From: Azolla caroliniana
Lineage: Eukaryota; Plantae; Polypodiophyta
Direction: 5' to 3'
Assembly (NCBI GenBank): GCA_043228905.1
Contig: JBHGNT010000006.1
Location: forward strand, 20,460,001-20,524,000
Length of the DNA: 64,000 bases
In this document: positions 14,433 to 26,386 of the stretch, one piece after another
How the letters are laid out: each line of letters begins with the position of its first letter
Position numbering within the stretch: position 1 is the stretch's first letter
Translations under genes and position numbers: made by a program
The notes under the pieces: model-generated
Told to the model about the DNA's origin: nothing
Database searches by the model: none
Seen by the model: only the letters and a program-made list of their open reading frames with translations

Positions 14433-15115
14433 AGTACCCCACGAGGATACACTTCTTTGATGTTGGATCGAGCTTTTACTGCTTTTCATCGGGAATATGT
14501 ACGAATGAGATATAGCCGAATATCCTTACGTGGGATAGGTTCGACTTCTTTCCATAGAACTTCTCATGGGGGGTTACATTGTGCACTCCGGATATTGTGC
14601 ACTGATTCATTAAATAGATGGTGGTGTTTGCTGCTTCAGCCCAATATGATTTCAACAAGTTTTTCTCAATTATCATTGCCCTTGCCACCTTGAGTATATG
14701 CCGATTCTTGCATTTGGCTACTCCATTCTGTTGAGGTGTGTGTCGGTTGGTAAACTCCCGCCAAATTCCTTCTTGTCGATGGTATGTTGTGAAGGCCTCA
14801 TTGAAATACTCTTTGCCTCCGTCCGATCGAAGGCACCGTACATGTTGATTGGTTGCCTTTTCGACTTCGAGTTTAAATTTCTAGAAGTATGAGAACACTT
14901 CACTCTTTTGCCTCATAGGGAATACGCAAGTGTGCCTAGAGAAGTCGTCAATAAACGTCATATAATATCGGCAACCATCAAATGTTGTCGTTTGGGCTGG
15001 TTCCCATACATTTCAATGTATTACATCCAAGATCCCTTTGCTCACGTTCCTCTCTTTCAGGAACGGTTGTCGATGTTGTTTGCCGAGTTGGCAGGCTTCG
15101 CATGCATGGTTGTTT

Positions 15116-15620
15116 ACGTACCCGTATTTAACGTTTAAATACGTATAATACCTCATAATTTGTATAGTACGTACTATACCTCAATGTTGTTTAGTCAAAT
15201 ATCATGTACATCTGTCCAATGCGGTATTTAATGTACATTTGAAAAAACAGGTATAATATGTATTTATAAAAAAATGTAAGTACAACCTCAACAAAAAGCA
15301 AAAGAAAAAAAAGATTTTAGTGAAAAAGAAGTAAAAAGAAGGAAGAAAGAAGAACAGAAGAGATGGCGACGACGACTACGAAGAAGAAGAAGAAGAAGAA
15401 GAAGAAGAAGAAGAAGAAGAAGAAGAAGAGAGAAAAGAAGAAAAAAACATATCTTGACTCTGAGTGTGATAATCATAGAAGATAGAAGATAGAAGAAGAA
15501 GAAGAAGAAGAAGAAGAAGAAGAGAGAAAAGAAGAAAAAAACATATCTTGACTCTGAGTGTGATAATCATAGAAGATAGAAGATAGAAGAAGAAGAAGAA
15601 GAGAGAAACCTATCCTAAGT
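15116..15620. repeat. AT-rich/(GAA)n insertion with a ~93-bp tandem duplication, replacing the Copia protease region
   Basis: (GAA)n tracts, and ACATATCTTGACTCTGAGTGTGATAATCATAGAAGATAG occurs twice (~15447, ~15541). Confidence 0.6.
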
Positions 15621-17146
15621 TATAAACATTCTGCCACGATCGTCGTAGTCGGAGTTAGAGGCGTAGTTGGTGAGTTGTCGGCTTGTGAAGGCTGACTCAC
15701 TCTTCTTCTTCCGACACTCTCCATTGTAATGGCCAAATTTGCCACAATATTTGCACAAGACAGAGTTGTTTTGTTGGATTGGCCTGGCATGATTGCTCCC
15801 CCTTCTTCCAAACGTTCCACCTCGCGTGGTTGCGACGTCTTGCTGGTAGTAGAAATTTTGTTTGTGGGGTTGTTCGTGGTTGTGTCGGCCTTGGCCGAAT
15901 CAGCTCTTCTACCATGACTTTGTCCCCTTCCTCCATCCGAGCTCAAATAGAGCATGTGTCCTTGCACATTGTTCCTCGTTTGAACATGATTTTCTTTGAC
16001 TAGCAACATATATTGGAGATCGAAGGAGGGAGGATTCTCCCTTGCGAGGAGGATTGACCTTATTGTGTCGAACCTGGATGCTAGGCCACCAAGGCATATC
16101 TGCACCATTTCATCGTCGTCAATGTTGACATTGATCGGCCTAAGGGAGTCACACAACTCCTTGATCTTCAAGGTGTAGTTGCCGATTGACATATCCCTTT
16201 GTTGGATGTTGTTCAACTCTTGACGGAGTTGAAGCTTTCGTGTGGTCATGTTGGCCACGAATATCTTTTTGAGCTTCCTCCATGCCTCCTTTGGCGTTTT
16301 GGCCTCTCGATGTAATCGAGCATGTGATCATGAACGCATGATGCTAGGCAGTACAACACACGGCCTGCAGCCTACTCCCATGTTGGGTAGTCGGCGTGTG
16401 TTGGGTTGGGTTGATTTTCCTAAGCTCCTTCGATGTAACCCCAATTGGCTTGGCCGACAAGGTATTGGTGCATCTTGTACTCCCAAGATGCAAACTTGTT
16501 TTTGTCGAGTTTCTCGGTAGGAAGAGCGCTTCCTATTTGAGTATTCATCATAACTAATTTGTTTGACTTAAATACCTACTAAATATGTGTCATGGGACTT
16601 AACTTCTATGACACTTAGTTTATGTTACAAGGAGGTGGGATGTTCACACACTTGGGTATTCCAAAGGTGTGTTCCCACACTAGGGAAGTTGACTTTGATT
16701 CTCAACAACCTTCCTTGTTGGGCTACCGAAATAACCATTTTGGCGTGGTGTAACACCACTTTGGCACGCCATGTACATAGTCCACCAAGGGCAATTCTAA
16801 TCATGATCGTTCAAAGGAAAGTCTCGCAACGTCCACCGTGTCTGAAGATCCTTCCAACTCTTCATATCGAGTTTGTATATTCGTTGTCAGATCATAGTAC
16901 ATACCATAGAGCAACGATTTTCTCCTTTGGTCGACTTTATTCTCCTGAGAGACATACATTCCATCTGAATTTCCAGATGTTCCATAGCTTGATAGAGGCT
17001 ATGGTGGGCCAGATGTCACACAACCTATTTGAACACCAAATCTGCATTTCCTTGGTTGGTTGTATAGTGCATTTATTTCTCTGCACACAAAACGCCTTCA
17101 ATCTAGCTAGGTCTCCCGATATATCCAACCTTTCTTCTCCAATATC

Positions 17147-17395
17147 TGAAGAAAATAATAAGCAAAATAAAGTAAAATAAATTATTATGTAGTTCTTATT
17201 TAGTTCCTATGAAATCGGTTTCCTTCATGAGAAGGAAACCGTATGTCTATTTGTGGTGGCCTTATAAAGCCACCACCACCAACGTTTGTATGTATGGCAT
17301 TATACTAATAATAAAGCTTCTTTCTGTTTTCTCTTATCTCTCTCTCTCTCTCTCTCTCTCTTCTTTCTATCTCTCTTTCTCTTTCATTGTCTACA
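17147..17395 (+). repeat. 5' LTR (249 bp)
   Basis: Matches the 3' LTR except (TC)12 versus (TC)10. Confidence 0.95.
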
Positions 17396-17573
17396 TGGTA
17401 TCAGAGCCTATGCCTATGCCTTTCAAAATTACAAAATACATGCCCTTATCATAAGTTAAGTTTCATGCCCATACAAAAAAAAAAAAACTATATATTCATA
17501 GTGTCCAAGATCGTCAAATAACGAACGACAATTTGTGTTTGCCGTGCGCTGATCCGGACAGCCCTCTGCAATA

Positions 17574-20500
17574 ATGGCACAATCTATGTCGTTGTCGCAA
17601 CTCAACATGCGAAAGTTCACGATCGAGAAATTGTCGGACACAAATTACCGAATTTGGAAGGCAAGATTAGAATTACTTTTTAAATATAATAAAGTATGGG
17701 AGATAATTTCAGGATCGTCGACAAAACCCGAAAAAGGCGAAGAGCTTGAAGAATTTGAAGAAAAAGACTTGTGTGCAAGAATGGAAATTCTAATGCACGT
17801 AAGTGATGGCACCGGAGAAACATTACGAAAAATGGAGACCGCTCAAGAAATGTGGAAGCACTTACAAACTATCTACGAACCAAAGAATGACGCCCAACAA
17901 GCACATACACTCCAAGCTCTTGTTAATTACAAGATGATTGACGAACAACCGGTTGGTGATTTTCTATTAATGTGGCAAAAGAAATTAGATGATGTGTTAA
18001 CCTCTGGATTGGAAATCCATGATAAATTACAAAAGATTCTCCTTCTTGGTGCTCTTCCTCACTCGTGGTCCACTTTCCGAACCACCCAAAACTCTATAAA
18101 TTGCCCAACGCTAATTGATCTTCTTGCAAACATTAGACAGGAGGAAACAATGCGTTCACAAAGGTCCTCAAATTCAACAAGTGTGGCAATGGTAGCATAC
18201 AAGAACAAGAGGTTCACCCAAAGAGGAGAAAGCTCGAAGCCGTGGCTAAAGAAAGATCAAAATACAAAACAAGGAGGAATGTGGTTCAACAATACTTATT
18301 GCAAGATATGCAAACATACAAATCATGCAACAAAAGATTGCCGGGCAAAGACAAATTTCAAGAATCATCAACCATGGAGGCGTGTACAAGCCCATATTGT
18401 TGAAGAAGAGATGGATGATGAAAAAGCCATGGGAGGTGGACATCGAAATGGTGACACGTATGACGATGTTCTACAAGCGTTCATTGCCGAATCACTTTCC
18501 GCCACGATTCCAAATCCAAGTAATGCAAATGACATGTGGTATCTCGACACTGGTGCTACTAACCACTTAACTAATAGAAAAGATTGGTTAAGTAATTATA
18601 AGGAAGTTGAACCTCCTATCATTGTAAGATTTGAAAATAATGGAACTAAACAACCTATTGGCAAGGGTGATATTACTTTTGAAGTCACAAGAGGAAGACA
18701 TTTCACAATCAATGAAGTTCTCTATGTCCCGGGCATCACCAAACATTTGCTATCGGTTAGCCAAGCAACGGCAAATGGTACAATAATTGAATTTCATCCT
18801 AACCATGCTATTATTAAACATAAAGCCTCAAATGGAGAACTTATTAGAACATGTTGTAAACGAGAAGGAGGCTTATACCCCATAAAATGTATTCCTACAT
18901 CTCTTATTTTAGAAGCACATCATACTACCCCAATACAATCCTCCATATCTTTAACCAATCTTCATTCTCCTTCTTCTCTTTGGCATTTTCGTCTAGGTCA
19001 TATGCATTTCAATGCTCTAAAAACACTACAATGTAATAATCTAGTCCATGGTTTGCCAAAAGAACCTTTCAAGCCTATCTCTTTGTGTGAAAGTTGTATC
19101 TTTGGGAAAATGCCCCTACAACCCTTCCCAAAGCATAGATCTAGAGCCACTACCTCTCTTGCATTAGTACATAGTGATCTATGTGGTCCTTTTCCAACCC
19201 CTTCTCTTAGTGGAGCCAAATATTTCATTAGCTTTATCGATGACTTTAGTCGATTTACAATCTTGCATTTTCTCAAGTACAAGAGTCAAGCTTATCAAGC
19301 ATTCAAAGAATACAAGGCTCGAGTCGAAGTGCAAACATCATCAAAGATTAAAAGTCTTCAAACCGATGGTGGTGGTGAGTATGTGTCTCATGAGTTTCAA
19401 AGTTTATATCAAAATGAAGGCATACATCATAGAATATCAACACCACACACCACAACAAAATGGTGTATCCGAAAGGAAGAATAGATCACTTCTCAATATG
19501 GCTCGAAGTATGTTACAATTTGCTCACTTATCGCCTCAATTTTGGGAGGAAGCGGTTGGCACCGCTTGCTATATTCAAAATCGAGGATTTCATAGGTCTT
19601 TGGGGCTCCAAACCCCTTATGAATTATGGCATGGTCACAAACCTAACTTAAGTAATCTTCGTATTTTTGGTTGTGATGCTTATGCTCTTGTGCCAAATGT
19701 TCAAAGAAATAAGCTAGATCCAAGGGCTACAAAATCAATCTTCATCGGATATGGAGAAGCTTCGGGATACAAGGCGTACAAGCTCTTCGATCCACAAAAA
19801 CAAAGAATATTCTTTAGTCGTAGTGTGATATTCCAAGAAAATGGACCTTCTACAAAGGTTTCTTCTTCACTATCTTTTAATCTACCTCCCTTATTACCTA
19901 CCCCTAATTACTTACAACCATATTCCTCAACCATCTCTAATACTAATAGCTCTCATATTGAAGGAGCCAACATTGGCTCATCCTCTACTTCCACAATTTG
20001 TGTTGCTCTTCCATCTATTCACAAGGCCAAGAACAATCCTACTCAACCAACTAATTCTTCTTCTCATCCTCCCTCATTCCAAACTCTAGATGATTCTCTT
20101 CCTCATACTCCTTTAAATACACACTATTTAACCCCCACTAATAATACAAATAATGTTATCTTCTCCACTCCCTCTCCTAATCCTTCATTCCAAGTGTCAT
20201 CACCAACTTCTCCACCAAACTCTCCACCTCCAAAGTATAGATCTCTAAGTAGTATTTATGAACAACTTGATCAAATGGAAGCACATTTCGTTGACTTGGA
20301 CCATGAAGCTTATATTCAAGAAGAAGATATTCCAACCCTTGGTGATGACACAAATCTATCGGCCAAAGATGCACTTTCCGGACCGGATTCTATCAAATGG
20401 AGAAAGGCTATGGAAGAAGAAATGAAGGCTTTACTTAAAAATGGTACGTGGACCCTCGTTGAGCCTCCAAAGGATCGACAAATAATTGGTTCTAAATGGG

Positions 20501-21981
20501 TCTTACGCATAAAGCGAGATAGTAATGGCAATCCAATTCGCTTCAAGGCTCGTGTAGTTGCTCGAGGATTCTCTCAAGTACGAGGTATTGATTTTCAAGA
20601 TACATTTAGTCCAACGCTAAAAATATGTGGTTTTCGAATGCTCGTTTCTCTTGCCGCACAACATGATCTCGAATTGCATCATTTGGATGTACAAACAGCT
20701 TTTCTTCATGGAGATTTAGATAAAGAACTTTATCTACAACAACCACAATTTTTTGAAGATCCAAGTCATCCAACACATGTTTGTCGACTTCGTAAATCTA
20801 TTTACGGTCTTAAGCAATCTCCACGCATATGGTATCACAAACTACACTCTTTTCTCATAAAAGTTGGATATCATCGTCTAAACAATGAGCCAAATATCTA
20901 TGTTAGAAAAGCCAAATCCAATTTTGTTATCATAGGTGTCTATGTTGATGATTTGCCTTTGATCTCTAACTCTAAATCTTATCTAGCTATTGCAAAGAAG
21001 GAACTTGCATATGTTTTTCCTATTATCGATTTAGGCCCTATGACCCATTTTCTAGGCATCAAAATAACTCAAGATAGAACAAATCATACTATCTCATTAT
21101 CACAATCAAATTATGTTAATTCTATCCTCCAAAGATTTGATATGCTCCATAGTAAGCCTATTAGTGCTCCTCTTACCTCTCCATGTAAACTTTCAAATGA
21201 TGATTCTCCTAAAAATGAACGAGAAATTTCCGAAATGAAGGATGTACCCTATAAGCAAATCCTTGGATGTATAAGATATCTAGTAAGTTGCACACGTCCC
21301 GATATTTGCTTTGCCGCCGGTTTTCTTTCTCGTTTCATGGCTAATCCAGGACCAAAGCATTGGATCGCGCTCAAAAGATTACTTCGATACTTGAAGCATA
21401 CTCAACATTATGCGTTGACTTACTCCGCTACACAATCCGAGTCAACCACACTTGTGCAAGGATGGACAAACCCCTCTAGCCAACTAATTGGTTGGTCAGA
21501 CTCGGACTGGGGGGGAGATGTGGACGATCGCAAGTCAACGGGTGGATATGTTTACACACTAGCTGGCGGTGCAATTTCGTGGAAGTCAAAGAAACAAACT
21601 ACCGTAGCATTGTCATCCACCGAAGTGGAATATGTTGCCGTGGCTTTAGCGGCTAAAGAAGGCATATGGATTAAAGCTATGCTCGATGAATTTAAATTAT
21701 TTACTATTCCACCAGTGACTTTATTTTGTGATAATCAATCTTGCATCAAGTTAGCCAACAATCCGAAGATGAGCGACAATATCCGTCATGTGGACTTGAA
21801 GCATCACTTTCTTCGTGATCTCATTGAAACGAAGAAGATAGAGTTAAAGTTTGCTCCCACTCATCAAATGTGGGCTGATTTTCTAACGAAGCCTCTTCAA
21901 CATTCTAAGCACATTATTTGTTGCAAGCAAGTTGGATTAATTAATGTAATCGAAGATAAAGATGAAAACCTACACTTCTAG
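17574..21981 (+). CDS. Copia gag-pol polyprotein with a single frameshift at ~19450
   Basis: CCHC CKICKHTNHATKDC, protease WYLDTGATNH, integrase HFRLGH/CESC/VHSDLCGP/FIDDFSR, RT YGLKQSPRIW/YVDD, RNase H SDSDWGG/CDNQS. ORFs 17574-19484 and 19174-21981. Confidence 0.93.
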
Positions 21982-22002
21982 AAAATTTTGCTTAGGGGGG
22001 AG

Positions 22003-22247
22003 TGAAGAAAATAATAAGCAAAATAAAGTAAAATAAATTATTATGTAGTTCTTATTTAGTTCCTATGAAATCGGTTTCCTTCATGAGAAGGAAACCGTAT
22101 GTCTATTTGTGGTGGCCTTATAAAGCCACCACCACCAACGTTTGTATGTATGGCATTATACTAATAATAAAGCTTCTTTCTGTTTTCTCTTATCTCTCTC
22201 TCTCTCTCTCTCTTCTTTCTATCTCTCTTTCTCTTTCATTGTCTACA
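22003..22247 (+). repeat. 3' LTR (245 bp)
   Basis: Follows the PPT and is followed by TSD ATATC. Confidence 0.95.
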
Positions 22248-24437
22248 ATATCCACCATAGTGCAAATCCCAAAGATACAGAACCTTCCAGTCTGCTCTTC
22301 ATTAGTATTCTCATCACTTTCGACCAAATTTCCTGCGCATGAGAGCATTCCCATAAGCAATGTTCTAGAGACTCTAATCCTAAAGAACACAACCTGCATT
22401 TCCCATCAATTTCCCCTTTTCTGCAGCCAAGCACCTACACAAAGAGATATGTGGCTACATAACCATAAGAACGCTTTTGTTTTTTGCAATCTTTGTCTCT
22501 CGTAATCGTTTCCAGTATAGTTTTAGGAAATCATCATCCAATTCTTCCCTAATCCACTTGCTAGAAAGGCCCTCTTGCTCCAAGTTCTTGTGTTGTAGAA
22601 TACTACAGTCAAGCTTAGTCGAATATTGGAAAAACTGAATAATATTACCTTTCGGAGTTTTCCATCCTAGTTTCGTTAGATCCCACATCAAGTTCTTCAG
22701 CCATGTATTATCCGCCAAGATCTAGATTTTAGAAACTACATCATTTTTGCATTTGTATGGGTCTACTCCCTATTGTTTTTTGCATCTGGTAAGCACTCTA
22801 ATTGGCATCCATTTCTGAAATTCTAACATTGTGGTAGAGCTCTCAGCATCTATATTAACTCGTTTAATGTCTTGAATATCCCCTCTAGCATTGAAATGCC
22901 CCAATCATTTATACCCGTCAAAGCCACATTCTGCCACGTGAGCTTCCCAAGGATATATCCACATAGAATTTTTTATGAGTGTTATCGTTTTTTTCCATTT
23001 TTATTTGCCAATTTTCATTATGTTACTGATTTCCTACAAGTGCTCCCACCACTTAGCCACTGTGGGCTGCCATTGCTTTTCAAAATCTGCCTAGAGAAGT
23101 CCCACATCCATTCCCAACATTCTTCCTCTAACATCTGTAGACTGTAATGTTGGTATTCCATAGAAGAGGTTGGTGAGCCCACTCCATGGGAGAGGATGGT
23201 TGCCTCCAATGCATTTCCTCCCTAAGCGTCTTCCAAGCAGTCATCAAACCTCAATAGAAAATGCATGAATCACAATGACCAAGAAGTGTATACAATAAGG
23301 AAATGATGTGAAATGGGATCCCATTTATATAGCTGAGAAACAACACTCCAAGATGGAAACTGATAGTCACACGATGTTTAAATATCTTAGACATATATGT
23401 TCAAATATGAACAAGTATCCATACATATATAATAGTCATTAGTACATGTTGCATGTGCAAGGGAGATAGGCATACCCATAGATGGTCAATTGTTGAAGAT
23501 TAGAAACCTTGAGTGCTGCATAAGGTCTTCCCTTTCTTTCTCTCTCTCTCTCTCTCACCTTTGTGCTCATAATCTCTTTTCTTCCTATTACATTATCTAC
23601 CATATCGCAAAGTCGCTTGCACTCCTTGCTACAACCCAACGGTTAACACTATAAACATGCCTGAAGTGCATAACTATGTTACAAAAATTCACCAAGGTAC
23701 ATTACCATGGTATGAAGGAAGTTCTCTACCATAACTTCAATTTCATAAAGTCTGCAGCTCACATAGTTCCCTAAAACAATTGTCACAAGGGGGAAACTAT
23801 GAAACACTTCATAGAGGTAATTAACCATATAAGACATGTATCTAGTTATCAATGACAGCAAATTACCCAATTTAGACAGTGAGAAGTGGTAACCACAAAT
23901 ACAAATATGGAGGTGTTCATCTGACTGTAATATTCATGTCTTCGATAAGCCTCAAGTAAGGTATAAATATTCCTTGGCCAGTTTGTATAAATTTTAATAT
24001 TTCTTGCACGTTGATTATAAACATGTTCTTCTGAGTCTCACATAACTCTCCAGAATTCATGTTAACTCTCAACACCTTGACAAATTAAATAAGCATCTAC
24101 CAAATATCAAGGCATGTGCCATCTGACATGGTGCTCCCATTTATATCGTGCCTATGTCGGTCTATGTTTATTACAACAGGTTCGTTTAGATAAGAGCTTC
24201 AGCTTCAACAAAAACCTTTTACAATGTTTCTGTTGGAATTGAGACAAAAACAAAATGCATTTTGAATAATGGTTGAACTGTAAAGAACACAGAATGATGA
24301 CAATCTCATTTTTAAGGAGTGTTGGCAAGCAAGCTTTTCTAGAATACAAGCAGGATCATTCGGTATTCCATGTGACAATACAGCATTGCTATAGTTTCGT
24401 GGAGACTTCAATTACTCCAAGCATAAACCTAGCAAAC

Positions 24438-26355
24438 CTAGTTCCGATATTCACCCCGAGGTTTTTTGAGGTCCCTTTCCATATCTTCATGCCTAAAAGA
24501 ATCATCATCCACATCAGACTTCTGATAATGTTGTGGCTTTTGTCGATTCCGAGCCTGGTGATATATTTCATCTTCATCATTATCAAGGTACCTTTCAGAA
24601 TTACACTCAGTCTCTTTCTTGTTATTGGCATCTAATTGGTCCTCATCATTCCATCTATCCTCTTGGTCAGAAGCATCTTCCGACACTTGATCGTGCTGCT
24701 GCTTATCATGGTGGCCATTTTCTAGGTCCATTTCAAGCAGTTCTTCTTCGTCAGTCAGTTCCCTCTTAGGAATAGATGTCCGCACCTCTCCTCCCTGTCT
24801 TCGCCTCTGGAGAGCAGCTTTGACACGATCAATATTAACATTACCGAGATCCACCCAATCAGTTTTATGCTGGGCTTGTTGAGATGAATCTTGTTTAGAA
24901 GAATCCTGTTTGGGCCCACCGTCTTCCACTGAGGCAGTTAAGTTGGTTTCAGAGGCAATAGAAAAATCTTCAGTAGCTCTGCTCTCCCCTATCCTTGCAG
25001 TAGAAATTTCTTCTTCTGGAGCAAGACTACATGATGTTTGAGGTTTCACTTCTGCAGCTATATTGTTATTTGTCTCCTCCACAGCAGGATGAGGCATATC
25101 ACTTCCAGGTGTTGCATTATTGTTTGCTGCTTCTGGCTTTGCTTCATCAACTCCTATGCTAGTGTCCACTTTGATGTTCACACTCGTCCTTGGTTTTAGC
25201 TCTACTGTATAATCATCATTCTGTTCTTTCATCTTGTCTGATATTGAAGATGCAGAAGCAGGGAATGCCTCGCTAGCAGATCTTTTATGATTGTTCAGGT
25301 TTTCCTTTGACTTAACATCCCCAGCCTTCTCAGATGATTGCACTCCAGAGCTTGAAGGCACATCAACTGTAGGTTTCCTGCGATTTATGGTTCCAATACT
25401 TGCACTAGGTTCACTGGTACGAGAGCTGGGTACCTCTCTGTTTTGTTCATAAAGTTCTAACATTTGGTTACTCACTTCTGTTTAGGAGAAAAGAATATAT
25501 CAGTGAATGAGGATAATTAATATCTATTTATCTATCTATATGTTATATCTTCACGGTATCATACAGAATGAAATGAATGTGAACTAAAATAACTCAAACA
25601 GCAAGCTATAATTGGGTCAATCAAGGATGATTGCACAAGTCAACCTCTGTCAATAATAGATCGTTTCAGAGGTCTTTAATGACTTCTTATGTAGCTAGTG
25701 TTTGTAATCAGTCCACAAGCACTGTGTTCGTCTAAACAGCACAAGCCGTGCTTCTTGAGAACCATGTCTCCTCCTATGAGGATATGGCCTGAACAGGACA
25801 AGTGCTGCAGCAATCATTCAGCTATTGACAGATGAATTTGCAAGGCAGAAGAATGCAAATAGTACCTTCAAGTTGACGAGGAGTGACATCGAACTCCTGC
25901 CACCAGACTTTCTCACCTTCACTAGGAAGTTTGACCTTGAGAAACTTCGCAGCTAGAAAGATGGCCCCCGCAGCAATGTGGTGAGGTTTGAATTGCAAGC
26001 ACAAGGAAGTACGTAGCCTACACACCCCTCCAGAGTGTTAACACAGCAATGTTGCACAAAAATCCAGGTAATGATCCAACTTCACCCGAAAATGTGTAAC
26101 ATATATGCTGATGGAAGGGCATACCCGTCATTGACAAAATTCCATGCCACTTGGGCCAAGGCATTTTGTGCCACTTTAAACTTTTTTATGGCAGCTACAA
26201 GAGGTTTGTAAGGATGGTGGATATTGAGATCAAAGCCCAAGGTTGCAAGCACCATTCGTTCTCCTAGAAGGACTATTTCCTTTTGCTCTTCAAAGACATC
26301 CTGCAGCATGAAGAAAGTTAAAATGTATATCTCTAATAACACAATGTTGTTGTTG

Positions 26356-26386
<31 letters not shown>

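Larger units (their letters stand above)
11553..16707 (-). mobile_element. Decayed Ty1/Copia LTR retrotransposon with nested insertions
   Basis: 3' LTR ~11553-11816 (TG..CA) preceded on the minus strand by PPT GAAGGGGCG. Partial 5' LTR 16564-16707. Fragmented gag (16548-15620), integrase (YWAEAANT), RT (HQMDVKNAFL, LYGLK) and RNase H (ISWSSKKQ..SSIEAEY), with many frameshifts. Flanking 5-mers do not match. Confidence 0.9.
17147..22247 (+). mobile_element. Full-length, very recent Ty1/Copia LTR retrotransposon (short LTRs, Ale-like)
   Basis: LTRs 17147-17395 and 22003-22247 (TG..CA); TSD ATATC on both sides; PBS TGGTATCAGAGC (tRNA-iMet) 17396-17407; PPT AGGGGGGAG 21994-22002. Confidence 0.97.
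16710..23250 (-). mobile_element. LINE ORF2 3' remnant (zf-RVT), interrupted by the young Copia element
   Basis: CRLCSLGLESLEHCLWEC zinc finger at 22434-22250; the reading frame continues across the ATATC TSD into 17146-16710. Confidence 0.75.

Noticed and set aside
16587-17180. 197-aa + strand ORF
   Set aside because: Spans an LTR and the antisense strand of a LINE fragment; a chance ORF.
19174-19484. Programmed gag-pol frameshift
   Set aside because: The shift lies in the middle of the integrase core, has no canonical slippery heptamer, and is best explained by a 1-bp deletion.
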